From positions 32,001 through 96,000 of the IMG/VR virus record IMGVR_UViG_3300030451_003374: 64,000 nucleotides of DNA; one strand, written 5' to 3'. The stretch comes from a virus. The position numbers were made by a program, and so were the translations under genes. The notes below the pieces were generated by a model. It was not told where the DNA came from. It saw only the letters and a program-made list of their open reading frames with translations, and ran no database searches. This document shows, one piece after another, positions 9,112 to 18,688 of the stretch (position 1 is its first letter; the number at the start of each line of letters is the position of its first letter).

Positions 9112-10625
9112 GCAGTAACTCCACCGAAGATTGCTGGTGAGTCATACTGAATAATGTTGTGGAAGTTGTCTATAGTAACACCATCATTTGAACTATAATC
9201 TGTTGATACAGTTACACTAGCAGATGATGCGTTACCGTCTATCATCGCAACGTTTTTCTGATTATTTGGCATCACAAATGTATTAGAACTGATTTTATCC
9301 TCACCACTCCCTTCTCCATCATCTTCACTTATAATCTCTTCAAAGAGAGGTGATAAATCAAATACTTCATTTTCTGATGTATTTGGTCTTATGTTTGGCA
9401 TTGCTTGTAAGAATCCACCTAATTTCTCCGCATCCATATTCTTAAATGGTGTCAAATCAGTCGCAGACAATTTTTGACCTTCTGGTAATGACTTGTTTAT
9501 CTCAAATAATGCTAATTCTCTTTGCAATTGTTCAGTGAATAGTATCTTATCAGCATCAAACTTGAGACCTTTTGCGTCAAACATCTCTTCTACAGCACCC
9601 AATGGATCATCAATATTGAACAAACCGACTCCAGATTCTGCATCTGGGTCTAAATCAGTTTGGAATTGATTGATTTCACTTAGAGTCATGTCAGAAACTG
9701 GAACTGTCTTTCCACCTATTTGATCCAAACTTCCACCTGATTGATCTTGAAGAAGATTTTGTAACTCCATCAATCTATTGTTCTTCATCAAATTAGGGAA
9801 CAACCCTGAAGATGTTATTTTAGTACCATCAGCAGCACTTGTTGAAATACCACCAGGTATGATAGGACTTACTCGATCAACTCTATCTGATTGTAATCTG
9901 TCAATCAGGAATGAAAATCTTTCTAACTGTGTTTTGAACCTGTCTACATCTGGTTGGTTTATGGTTTGATCTGTTACTAACTGCTTTCTTACAAGTTCTC
10001 CTCTTACCTTATCAGCATCACCGTCTCCTCCTTTACCAGCAAGTGCTCCCAATCCCATCAAACCAAGGAGTGGTAACAAGAGTCCTAATTTACCAGCACC
10101 AGCTCTAGGAGATAGACCAGCTCTCATTCCAGTTTGTGGTTTTACTCCTCCTCTCTTACCAAAACCTAATAGTTGTGATATTATAATCGCTGATCCTGTT
10201 ATAACCTCAGGCAAATATTGTGATAGTGCTGCTCCTGTGGCAAGAGTTAGATCTCTTGCACCAGCACCAAAATTACCTTGCTGAAAGTTACCCATCGCTG
10301 ATGCTAAACTAACACCAGCCACAAGTGCTGCTACATTCATCAGACTTCCCTTCAGACTTTCTGTAGTCTTAAGTTCTTTCTTTAGTAACTTTACTTCTTC
10401 ATTATAATATCTTTCTCTTGATCTTATATCTCTATTGAGTGACTTTCTTATAACTGACATACTCTCTTCCATTCTGTCCAAATTGGAGAACATGGAAGTT
10501 ACCTTTGCTGATACTACATTTGTATTAGTCTCTTGCTGTGCCTGTGCATCCAGCAGAAGATTTACCTTCTGGTTTACTTCCCCCGAAGAAGGCATCATTG
10601 ATGATAACTTTGTAATATCAGCCAT
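9108..10625 (-). CDS. Tape-measure-like / hub-associated protein
   Basis: 505 aa; coiled coil, Gly-rich hydrophobic segments, VSDMTLSEINQFQ motif; follows gp51. Confidence 0.5.
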   Translation of the reverse strand: MADITKLSSMMPSSGEVNQKVNLLLDAQAQQETNTNVVSAKVTSMFSNLDRMEESMSVIRKSLNRDIRSRERYYNEEVKLLKKELKTTESLKGSLMNVAALVAGVSLASAMGNFQQGNFGAGARDLTLATGAALSQYLPEVITGSAIIISQLLGFGKRGGVKPQTGMRAGLSPRAGAGKLGLLLPLLGLMGLGALAGKGGDGDADKVRGELVRKQLVTDQTINQPDVDRFKTQLERFSFLIDRLQSDRVDRVSPIIPGGISTSAADGTKITSSGLFPNLMKNNRLMELQNLLQDQSGGSLDQIGGKTVPVSDMTLSEINQFQTDLDPDAESGVGLFNIDDPLGAVEEMFDAKGLKFDADKILFTEQLQRELALFEINKSLPEGQKLSATDLTPFKNMDAEKLGGFLQAMPNIRPNTSENEVFDLSPLFEEIISEDDGEGSGEDKISSNTFVMPNNQKNVAMIDGNASSASVTVSTDYSSNDGVTIDNFHNIIQYDSPAIFGGVTA

Positions 10626-10797
10626 TAGCTTGCTGTACTTCTAATCGTTGTTTTTCTAATGCACTAGCTAGGTATTTTACATATACCTCTCGCTCCCATG
10701 GTATCATCGACTCTATATCACTCAAAGACCACTTATGGTGGTGAATCAAACTAAAATTCGTCTCTAGAAAATTATCTATTGACGTGTGATATAGCAT
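10618..10797 (-). CDS. gp51: Baseplate hub assembly catalyst gp51
   Basis: Hand translation: MLYHTSIDNFLETNFSLIHHHKWSLSDIESMIPWEREVYVKYLASALEKQRLEVQQANG; NF.L..HHKWSL..IE.M.PWERE.Y signature; coupled to the gp26 stop. Confidence 0.85.
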   Translation of the reverse strand: MLYHTSIDNFLETNFSLIHHHKWSLSDIESMIPWEREVYVKYLASALEKQRLEVQQANG

Positions 10798-11522
10798 TAT
10801 CCGAAAAAATTTGCCAAACCCTCAATTTCAACTTTAGTAGCAACCTGTGTATTAGGATTGATGACCTCTCCTTCATACTTCAATTTTGGCATAGTAGCAA
10901 AGAACTGTTCAATTTTTTTGAACTGAGAACTGCTAAGTTGCTCAATGAAATTGACAATCTCCTTTAATGTACAATCATCCTGTGTCCATGCTTCTTCTTC
11001 TGTATAAACAGTGTCGACACATTTTGCTACAGAATCGAATGCTGCATCAACTCCATCGTCATCAGCTTTGTCAGTGACTGTAAAGTTAGTTCTTAGGAAT
11101 TCATCCATAGATGGATATTTCATAAGAATACTAATCCCACCACCAATATCAATTTTCTTATCATGTCCTTCTGGTACATCTAATCCGATGTCAGATAGTC
11201 CAATAGTAAGTGGAACTTGTGTATCTGGTTCATCATTACAGTTGACAAGTAATTCTACAGTCTCACCTACAGATTTACCTCTTATATTGAGAAAAAGGTA
11301 TTCTAAATCAAATGCTGGAAGTTCATCCACTTTGATTCTAGACTGTACACAAGATTTTATGACATTTTTCACTGTGGCGATAATGTCTTTTTGTTTACCA
11401 CTCTCAAGAGCGATAAGTAGTGCTTTTTCCTCTTTTACAAGAAAGGGTCTATATTTTACTGGTTTACCAGTAGATAGTAGCGTCAACTCAAATGTGGGTG
11501 CTACAACTTTAGGTAATGGCAT
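10797..11522 (-). CDS. gp26: Baseplate hub subunit gp26
   Basis: MPLPKVVAPTFELTL..YRPFLVKEEKALLIA..FDLEYLFLNIRGKSVGE..IEGLANFF. Confidence 0.92.
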   Translation of the reverse strand: MPLPKVVAPTFELTLLSTGKPVKYRPFLVKEEKALLIALESGKQKDIIATVKNVIKSCVQSRIKVDELPAFDLEYLFLNIRGKSVGETVELLVNCNDEPDTQVPLTIGLSDIGLDVPEGHDKKIDIGGGISILMKYPSMDEFLRTNFTVTDKADDDGVDAAFDSVAKCVDTVYTEEEAWTQDDCTLKEIVNFIEQLSSSQFKKIEQFFATMPKLKYEGEVINPNTQVATKVEIEGLANFFG

Positions 11523-11557
11523 AATCTTTCAATTCAATCGTTTTATTTAGTATAGCA

Positions 11558-12499
11558 CTAAGAACCTAATCCTTCATTATAAATTCTAAGTTGCTCAGAA
11601 GCAGAAGGTTGACCATCAGGACCCCATTCATGCTCTTCTGCCTCAATGAAGTAATCGTCATATTCTTTACCAGTTCCAATGTTACTAGACACGGGTTGTT
11701 TTATTGTTTTATCTATTATAGGATCTCTAGTCTTAAATTTGTCACTTGTAAGGAATCCGTTACCATTTGATGCAGTTCTGTCAATATAAAAGTACTCATA
11801 TTTGAACGAGACTGTTGTTTTTATGAGTTCAGACTTACCATATGCTAATGGAGAAGCAATAATATTGACTGGGAAAGCATTTTGAAGATAGTAAGTAATA
11901 CTATTAGATCTGTTGAATGCAACATCAAAATTATCAGATTTATCTAGTCTCTTACCCTTATCATGCACCTCCTTACTAAATGCTGTAATTTCTATAGGGC
12001 ATTTGTAAGTTCTTGGATATTGCAACCTTCTAAATGATGGAATATCATTGATACGGTCTGTGGTATTGAATCCATGTCCACCTCTGGATAAGTGAGTAGG
12101 TGATATAAACTCTAACCAAGCATTGAAGACATCATTGGTATAATAGTCTCTTTGACTATACCATGTAAGGTTTATATCAGGATATCTCCTAAATGTAGCA
12201 TAATTCTGCGAAACACCTTGTCTCAACCCATCTACCTGAGATGTTTGAATCTGTGAACCAGGTAATAATGCTTCTGAGCAGAATAATGATAGAAATTGAC
12301 CTGGTGATGCTTGTTTATCGTATAAAGTGCTTTGAGAAAGATAACTTGCTAGACTTTGAGAATTTTCAAAATTTATTGATACATCATATATGTTATTGAA
12401 GGCTGGTGCAATACCACCATTTGCTACTCTTGATCTATATAATTCTTCCGTTGGCATGCGGTGCCTATCATTTCTATAGACACTTGGTACTCTAGCCAT
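11558..12499 (-). CDS. Tail tube initiator / gp19-gp54 family protein
   Basis: LSLFCSEALLPGS..YATFRRYPDINLTWY..YYLQNAFPVNI...L.YG..EL.K.TV.F.YE tube-fold motifs; lies between gp26 and gp4. Confidence 0.65.
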   Translation of the reverse strand: MARVPSVYRNDRHRMPTEELYRSRVANGGIAPAFNNIYDVSINFENSQSLASYLSQSTLYDKQASPGQFLSLFCSEALLPGSQIQTSQVDGLRQGVSQNYATFRRYPDINLTWYSQRDYYTNDVFNAWLEFISPTHLSRGGHGFNTTDRINDIPSFRRLQYPRTYKCPIEITAFSKEVHDKGKRLDKSDNFDVAFNRSNSITYYLQNAFPVNIIASPLAYGKSELIKTTVSFKYEYFYIDRTASNGNGFLTSDKFKTRDPIIDKTIKQPVSSNIGTGKEYDDYFIEAEEHEWGPDGQPSASEQLRIYNEGLGS

Positions 12500-12529
12500 C
12501 TAAATATAGCGTGAACGTGTATACTATGT

Positions 12530-12961
12530 ATGTCATATCAGGGGAAGTTTCGTCCCAGAAACTCAAAAAAGTATAAGGGCAACCCCCAAAATATCATTTA
12601 TAGGTCACTTTGGGAAAGAAAGTTCATGGTATATTGTGATGAGAAACCTCAAATTCTCACATGGGCATCAGAAGAGTTCTTCATACCATACTATGACCCA
12701 ACTACCAAAAAAGTGAAGAGATACTTTCCTGACTTCTATATCAAGTACAAGAATCTACATGGTAAGGTGGTGGAAAAAGTAATAGAAATCAAACCATTGA
12801 AGCAATGTAATCCACCCACTCAGAAGAAAAAAACAAAGAAATATATGTATGAAGCACTAGAATATGCAAAAAATCAAGCAAAATGGAAGGCAGCAAAAGA
12901 TTTCTGTGCTGACCGTAAATGGGAATTTCAAGTAATGACGGAGAAGGAACTTGGCATATAG
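12530..12961 (+). CDS. gp4: Head completion nuclease gp4
   Basis: YQGKFRPRNSKKYKGNPQNIIYRSLWERKFM..RYFPDFY..EIKP. Confidence 0.92.
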   Translation: MSYQGKFRPRNSKKYKGNPQNIIYRSLWERKFMVYCDEKPQILTWASEEFFIPYYDPTTKKVKRYFPDFYIKYKNLHGKVVEKVIEIKPLKQCNPPTQKKKTKKYMYEALEYAKNQAKWKAAKDFCADRKWEFQVMTEKELGI

Positions 12962-13370
12962 CGACGAATTTCCAGACTCAACTTATAGTGGGAGTCCTAA
13001 ACCTGGCACCCTTTCTATCTTCAGATATGGTGCAAAATATAAGAAAACACTCCCATATTGGGATAGAAACCCACTATGCTACATTTTTGGAGCATCTGGT
13101 GGTGCATTCTATGGTCTAAACTTACACTACAACCCCCCTACTAACAGGAGAGCAATTCTGAGTTATATTGATAATGGTGGAGATCCGACAAAGGTTCGTG
13201 GGTACCATAAATACCTAAAGTCTTATATGGATACCCCTTTCATTGTACTTGGTATGAGTGACTGGGACAAAGCATTATCCTATGGTATGGAAGAATTCCG
13301 TAGAGTTATAGGTTCTGTAGAGTTGGGTGTCGACGCAGCGACAGTACAAAAAGGTGGTTTTTACAAGTAA
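12951..13370 (+). CDS. Short gp2-like DNA end protector protein
   Basis: YGAKYKKTLPYWDRNPL..GLNLHY..YHKYL motifs resemble T4 gp2; follows gp4. Confidence 0.55.
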   Translation: MAYSDEFPDSTYSGSPKPGTLSIFRYGAKYKKTLPYWDRNPLCYIFGASGGAFYGLNLHYNPPTNRRAILSYIDNGGDPTKVRGYHKYLKSYMDTPFIVLGMSDWDKALSYGMEEFRRVIGSVELGVDAATVQKGGFYK

Positions 13371-15157
13371 TGTCATTAGCAGAAGAACAAAAAGAAGCAA
13401 ATAATTACGCAATGCAAAATTGTGTATATGAAGGTGGATCTCTCGCGGGAGGAGATTTAGGAAATACCTACTCATGTGAGATGGGTATAAATGGTAATAT
13501 TGGTACAGATGCAGTAAATGATGATGGATATCATAGAATTGAAGTAGATATAACAGAGACTGATGGAAGTGCTGGAACAGAAGAGGTATATGTAAAACCA
13601 ATACTATCAACAGATGTCACTGGAGATAATTTTGGATCAGTCATAAGAATTGAAACTTTGAGTGGTGAAGTAATAGATTTAGACACAGAATTGGGTAAAA
13701 ATTTAGTGAAATCTGATAATTTTAGTGAGTTATATACTAGAACATTAGCACAATTGAAGTATGTGTCAGAAACTTCTGGAGTACAAAACTTCGTCTTATC
13801 AAAAGATCAATGGGAAGCAGCAAATGAAGCAATCGCAAGAAATGATGACGGTGATCTAAAAGACTTATGGGATAAAATAAACACAGATGAACATGTAAGG
13901 AACTCAAGTTTTCCTCTGTTATTCAAATATAAAGACTTGGATACTAATGAGTATAGTGAGGATAATATTGGTGTTAGAATATCAACTTCAGAAGGGGAAA
14001 CCACCGTCATAAATGAAAGAGAAGAAGAAGAACAAACAGTAGAAAATTTAGATACAAACAATGGATTAGGAGAAATATTCAAATTATTCCCTGTTCTGAA
14101 ATATCCTGCTGATGCTGCATATGGGGCTGGTGGTCAAGATTATATCAGATTTGAGACTTTTAAGTATAAACCGCCCAATGTAGGTGCTTTTAATAAAGAA
14201 AGAAGACGTGACGATAATCCAGCAGTAATAGATGTAATAAAGGGTTCAGGTCCAACTAGATCTACAAATCTTGGAGATTATGGTAATACAATAAAATTAC
14301 CTATTCCAAATGACCTAAGAGTAAGTAATGGTGTTGAATGGGGTGGTGGTAAAGCAAATGCGATGGAGATGGCAGCATTTCAAGGTGCTACAAACAAAAT
14401 TGGTGAGGTTGAAGATGGTGGTTTCGGTAACGTATTCAAGGGTATGGATAATATTGGTAAATTCATAACTGAATTTAAAAGTTTAGATAATGATGACAGA
14501 GGTGGTGGAACAGCAATGACAGCATTCCTTGCAAAGATGATGTTATCTTCTATCAATATAAATGTAGACACTAATCAATTTGTTGCACGTTCTTTGGGAA
14601 TAGCAATAAACCCAAATCTAGAATTATTGTTCTCAAGTCCAAAGTTGAGAAATTTCACATTTAGATTTGATTTTGCACCAAATGATGAGCAAGACGCAAA
14701 AATGTCTAGACATATAATGAGAGTGTTCAGACAAGGCATGCAACCTACTGGGTATGCTGGTAGGCAGTCTGGTCAACGTATAGGAACCGCAAATATCTTT
14801 ATTGGTGCACCTAGAGTGTTTAGAATAGGTTACTTCAATGGAACTAATAGGATTAGAGGTTTACCTATACATAAAATATGTGCTTTGACACAAGTATCAA
14901 CAAACTTTACACCTGAAAATGTTTACCAGTCTTATGCAGATAGTAATGCAGTGTCTAACCCTGTTAGATCAACCATGGAATTAGCATTTACTGAGTTGAC
15001 TCCAATATTTGCCGAGGATTACTTAGATCCAAATGGAGATGGTGGAACAAAAGAACAGAAAGCTAATGCAAGTATAGCAGACTTGATGAAACCAGAAGGT
15101 GAGGGAGGAATCCTTCAAGGGGATAATAAAATCAATATTGAGGATATTGGATTCTAA
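13370..15157 (+). CDS. gp48: Baseplate tail tube cap gp48 with long acidic N-terminal extension
   Basis: LKYPAD..QDYIRF..IKLPIPNDL..N.V.W..NPNLELLFSSPKLRNFTFRFDFAP..L.F.ELTPIFAEDY. Confidence 0.85.
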   Translation: MSLAEEQKEANNYAMQNCVYEGGSLAGGDLGNTYSCEMGINGNIGTDAVNDDGYHRIEVDITETDGSAGTEEVYVKPILSTDVTGDNFGSVIRIETLSGEVIDLDTELGKNLVKSDNFSELYTRTLAQLKYVSETSGVQNFVLSKDQWEAANEAIARNDDGDLKDLWDKINTDEHVRNSSFPLLFKYKDLDTNEYSEDNIGVRISTSEGETTVINEREEEEQTVENLDTNNGLGEIFKLFPVLKYPADAAYGAGGQDYIRFETFKYKPPNVGAFNKERRRDDNPAVIDVIKGSGPTRSTNLGDYGNTIKLPIPNDLRVSNGVEWGGGKANAMEMAAFQGATNKIGEVEDGGFGNVFKGMDNIGKFITEFKSLDNDDRGGGTAMTAFLAKMMLSSININVDTNQFVARSLGIAINPNLELLFSSPKLRNFTFRFDFAPNDEQDAKMSRHIMRVFRQGMQPTGYAGRQSGQRIGTANIFIGAPRVFRIGYFNGTNRIRGLPIHKICALTQVSTNFTPENVYQSYADSNAVSNPVRSTMELAFTELTPIFAEDYLDPNGDGGTKEQKANASIADLMKPEGEGGILQGDNKINIEDIGF

Positions 15158-15813
15158 TGGCTTATTTTACAAACTTTCCGAAAGTATCACTTCCATCCTT
15201 TGCTGATAACAGGAGATCATCTCTTGATTTTGTCAATTCGACAAATTTATTCAAAAGAGGAAAAATAAGAGAAGAAATTATAGGTAGCATAGCTGCATTT
15301 GAAAGATTTTCTATAAATGGTGATGATAGACCTGATAATGTGGCATTTAGAGTATATGGAGATTCTTCATTAGATTGGGTAGTTCTGATAAGTAATAATA
15401 TACTAAATGTGAGAGATGAGTGGCCAATGAATCAATATGACTTCAAAAGATATATTGATAATAAGTACTCAACGACACTTCTTACACAAATTCACCATTA
15501 TGAGTCAAAAGAAGTAAGAAACTCAAAAGGACTTCTTTTACAACAGTCTGGAATATGGGTTGATGCAGATCACTCCTTCTCTTGGTCTGAGAATGGTAAG
15601 AAGTATACTCAAACTGGAACCACGTCAGTATCAAATTTACAGTTTGAAGAAGATAGAAATAATAAGAAAAGATCAATCAATGTAGTAAGATCTAACTATC
15701 TTGAAGTTATAAAAGAAGATATGAGGGAATTACTCACATATACTGATAGTAGTCAATATGTCAATAGAAAACTGAAAAAAGGATCTAATCTAAGAATTTT
15801 GTCTCCTCGCTAG
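15157..15813 (+). CDS. gp53: Baseplate wedge subunit gp53
   Basis: MAYFTNFP..DDRPDNVAFRVYGDSSLDWVVLISNNI..EWP..IHHYE. Confidence 0.9.
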   Translation: MAYFTNFPKVSLPSFADNRRSSLDFVNSTNLFKRGKIREEIIGSIAAFERFSINGDDRPDNVAFRVYGDSSLDWVVLISNNILNVRDEWPMNQYDFKRYIDNKYSTTLLTQIHHYESKEVRNSKGLLLQQSGIWVDADHSFSWSENGKKYTQTGTTSVSNLQFEEDRNNKKRSINVVRSNYLEVIKEDMRELLTYTDSSQYVNRKLKKGSNLRILSPR

Positions 15814-16341
15814 ATGGTGAGGATTGTTCTCACTATGAGGAACATCCCAAACTAGAGTATATCTGTCAACATCACTTACATTGACAGCACCATGTGGTAT
15901 CTTGTTGTTGAACCAAAAGAAAGTGCCAGGTGCAACATAGAATTCCTGATTACCGACTTGATATAAGTATACTCCTTGTAACGATAAGTGATATCTATCT
16001 TTGTTTTGGTAATATAACCCCTTATCAATATGCCTTAGGACTTTATCGCCTGGTTTGAGCCGAAAGAATCCTGCTCTACCTGTTTCCTTTATATTATGCC
16101 TTTCCCAAAATTTATGCACATTTTTGTACTTATCGTATAATGGTGTTTTTCTTTGTCCCATCGCATCATGCGGATCTTCGCCTTTTTCGACTTTTGCCCA
16201 AACTAACGGTAAAAACCCATATGGGCTCTTATCGCCACCTACACCTCTTTGCTTAGATACCCAATCCCAGTCATCTAAGTCCATTTCGTCTAAAAACGGT
16301 TTTACGTCAATATTCTCTTCTATGATAATAATGTTTTCCAT
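15790..16341 (-). CDS. Aspartyl/asparaginyl beta-hydroxylase-like 2OG-Fe(II) oxygenase
   Basis: HID..RYHLSL..WFNNKIPHGAVN...R; H-x-D...H facial triad. Confidence 0.75.
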   Translation of the reverse strand: MENIIIIEENIDVKPFLDEMDLDDWDWVSKQRGVGGDKSPYGFLPLVWAKVEKGEDPHDAMGQRKTPLYDKYKNVHKFWERHNIKETGRAGFFRLKPGDKVLRHIDKGLYYQNKDRYHLSLQGVYLYQVGNQEFYVAPGTFFWFNNKIPHGAVNVSDVDRYTLVWDVPHSENNPHHLARRQNS

Positions 16342-16354
16342 GAAAAAACCTTAA

Positions 16355-16412
16355 GGGTCAATTTTTGGTCGGAGTTTTTTTTGCCCTTTTTTTGAAACAA
16401 AAAGTCGTTTTT
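16355..16412. repeat. A/T-tract element, copy 1 (intergenic)
   Basis: Aligns by eye with 23881-23935: core CGGAGTTTTTTTT..n..AAAC(A/T)AAAAGTC(G/A)TTTTT. Confidence 0.65.
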
Positions 16413-16420
16413 GGTACAGC

Positions 16421-16987
16421 TTAGGCATGAATAAGTATGTGGAAAGCAATAGATACTCGTGACTTCTCTGACCTATTGACATCAACATAGTGAATCAAAT
16501 TGCTGTTGAAATAAACTCCTTTGTTTGCTTTAGGTTTTATAACACATGCATTATGATCTGATTTAGGTACAACTGCTGTATTCAAGTACCTATTAGTAAA
16601 TGGACTCATGATAATAAGATCACCACATCTTGGTGGTGCTTTCAACCAGTATGCTCCACTGATCTGTCCATAAGTATGATGATGCATCATATTAGATGCA
16701 CCTTTACCGTTTATGTTAGCAAAAAGATGGACACATTCCAGACCTCTTGGTCTTACTATGTCATATGACTGTAGATATTCATAGCAATTATTTACTATCA
16801 TCTCTTTCAAAGGATTGAACTGTGGCATCTTATCGAGTCCAGTTTTCTGCCAACCATCTACGTTAGAGTATCCGTCTGACTTAGGATCTTTTTCATGTAG
16901 TTCCATTACATGCCTAAGAGAAAGGTCTAGGACGGTAAGACTACCATCCCAGACCCCTACATGTTCATTGAAGGATAAGATATCCAC
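16421..16987 (-). CDS. 2OG-Fe(II) oxygenase (TIGR02466-like)
   Basis: NMMHHHTYGQISGAYWL..GDL..FNSNLIHYV..RVSIAF. Confidence 0.75.
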   Translation of the reverse strand: MDILSFNEHVGVWDGSLTVLDLSLRHVMELHEKDPKSDGYSNVDGWQKTGLDKMPQFNPLKEMIVNNCYEYLQSYDIVRPRGLECVHLFANINGKGASNMMHHHTYGQISGAYWLKAPPRCGDLIIMSPFTNRYLNTAVVPKSDHNACVIKPKANKGVYFNSNLIHYVDVNRSEKSRVSIAFHILIHA

Positions 16988-17872
16988 TTACTCTTCTGCT
17001 AGTTTCTGAAAGTAACTTAGTGCATCATCATCTTCATTGACTGATGCTGGTGCAGATGCAACAACAGGTTCTGGTGTTGCAGTTACGATCTCTTCCTCTT
17101 CATTAGCAACTTCTGGTGCTACAGGTGTTCTCTTGTTGTTTAGAACTGAATTCAATCTGGTTTCTAAATCTTGATATGATTTGAACTCAGATGGATTTGT
17201 AAATTCTTTGAGAGAATACTGCTTCTTCCATAGTGCTTCAAGTGCATCATCATCGTCAAGTAATGCAGAAGATGCAGCGAACTCAGAACTATCATAGTTT
17301 CTGTATCCTGCTACGTTCTTTGCTTTCAACTTGAAGTTAGCACCCTGCCAGAAATCGAATGGATCGATTGCTTCCTCGTCCTCGAACTCAGGTTGCATTG
17401 CTGCTGTAATTTTGTCGAAGATTTTCTTACCAAATTTATATAAGAATGTTTGACCTTCGTTATGAGGATTGGTTGGATCTTTTACAACATAGATGTTTGC
17501 AATGTAAGTAAGTTTTCTCTTCTGCTTACGTGCAAGGTCTTTGTCTGCATCTATGCCACTGTTCCATAGTAGTCTGTTGTACTCTGACACAGGATCTTTT
17601 TGACCAAGTGTAGTTAGACTATTCTCTATGTACCAACCACCAGGTCCTTGGAAAGCATGTGACCATACCTTTGCCCATGGTAGTTCTTCTCCGTCAGGTG
17701 CAGGGAGGAATCTGATTACAGCATAACCGTTTCCTGCTTTGTCTACTTCTAATTTCCATAGACGGTCATCAGCATTTGATGAACCAGTCGTATTCATTTT
17801 CTCTATCTCTTTGGTCAACTTAGAAGTAAGATTTCCCAAGCGAGATTGTTTTTTTAGATTTGCAAATGTCAT
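16988..17872 (-). CDS. gp32: Single-stranded DNA binding protein gp32
   Basis: DDRLWKLEVDKAGNGYAVIRFLPAP..HAFQGPGGWYIENSLTTLG..DPFDFWQGANFKLK; acidic tail; likely start MTFANLKK at 17872. Confidence 0.95.
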   Translation of the reverse strand: MTFANLKKQSRLGNLTSKLTKEIEKMNTTGSSNADDRLWKLEVDKAGNGYAVIRFLPAPDGEELPWAKVWSHAFQGPGGWYIENSLTTLGQKDPVSEYNRLLWNSGIDADKDLARKQKRKLTYIANIYVVKDPTNPHNEGQTFLYKFGKKIFDKITAAMQPEFEDEEAIDPFDFWQGANFKLKAKNVAGYRNYDSSEFAASSALLDDDDALEALWKKQYSLKEFTNPSEFKSYQDLETRLNSVLNNKRTPVAPEVANEEEEIVTATPEPVVASAPASVNEDDDALSYFQKLAEE

Positions 17873-17939
17873 AAGTTTGACTCGTAGTATTCGTCGTATT
17901 GAATGGATTGGTGGATTAACACCTTGCATACGCAAGTTT

Positions 17940-17968
17940 AGTATAGTATATTATTTAGGTGTCGTCAA
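17940..17968 (-). promoter_or_regulatory. Sigma70-like promoter with embedded late promoter for gp32
   Basis: TTGACG-N17-TATACT with CTAAATA inside the spacer. Confidence 0.75.
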
Positions 17969-17971
17969 GTA

Positions 17972-18205
17972 CTAATCTTTGTCCATTTTTTGGAACCATT
18001 CCTTCAAGGTAGTCTGATATCCTGACTCACGTGAAGGTGGTTCTTTGATACCCATAATTTTTTTGTAGTCAATATACATTGCTTGAAGTAACCAACTCTG
18101 AGATAGACTATGAGGTCCTTCCTCAAGTAATTCTACTTGACGTTTGCTGAGTCCTGCCTTACGTGCTAGGTACTCTTTTCTCCATGCATGGGGGTCTTCG
18201 TTCAT
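17972..18205 (-). CDS. Conserved cyanophage hypothetical protein
   Basis: 77 aa ORF, WRKEYL..EGPHSLSQSW. Confidence 0.65.
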   Translation of the reverse strand: MNEDPHAWRKEYLARKAGLSKRQVELLEEGPHSLSQSWLLQAMYIDYKKIMGIKEPPSRESGYQTTLKEWFQKMDKD

Positions 18206-18327
18206 GTTTCTGGTGTTGGGTTGAAATGATGAGCATACTGATCATCAATGTCTGATAACTCTATCGGCCAATTGAAAGGTGACTCACTACTGATACCTAT
18301 CATGTCTGCCACTTCATCCTCATTCAT
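18202..18327 (-). CDS. Small hypothetical protein (41 aa)
   Basis: MNEDEVADMIGISSESPFNWPIELSDIDDQYAHHFNPTPET; ATGA overlaps at both ends fill the gap exactly. Confidence 0.45.
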   Translation of the reverse strand: MNEDEVADMIGISSESPFNWPIELSDIDDQYAHHFNPTPET

Positions 18328-18653
18328 CTTTTTAACTGGGACTGCATTTTATCTAGGGTATCTTTCATGTTCTTGAATATAGTAGTCATGTCTGTGGTTC
18401 CAAACCCTAACATTTTAGTCTGATCTTTCAATTTATTTTTCATCTTCACTGCATCTGGATCTTCAGACAAACACATCCTAGTCCACATTATCTGTTGCTT
18501 CTCTAATAGTTCCTTCAATGTCTCAATGTGTTCCCACTTTGCATCGGGACTCATGTATGGAAACTTTAGTATGACTGAGTAGAGATCTTTCTGTAGGTCA
18601 TAGATGTATTTCATCTCTTCCTTCACTGTCTCTGACTCAAAAAAATCTGCCAT
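18324..18653 (-). CDS. DUF1825-like protein
   Basis: FFESETVKEEM..LQ..Y..L.ELLEKQ..MWTRMCLSEDP pattern of the cyanobacterial/cyanophage family. Confidence 0.65.
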   Translation of the reverse strand: MADFFESETVKEEMKYIYDLQKDLYSVILKFPYMSPDAKWEHIETLKELLEKQQIMWTRMCLSEDPDAVKMKNKLKDQTKMLGFGTTDMTTIFKNMKDTLDKMQSQLKR

Positions 18654-18688
18654 CTTTGATTTACTTCTTCCAATATTTTATATAGTTT

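Noticed and set aside
16988-17935. N-terminal extensions given by the ORF track for gp32, phoH, the epimerase and 51809-52414
   Set aside because: They overlap promoters or upstream genes; downstream ATGs match the known family N-termini
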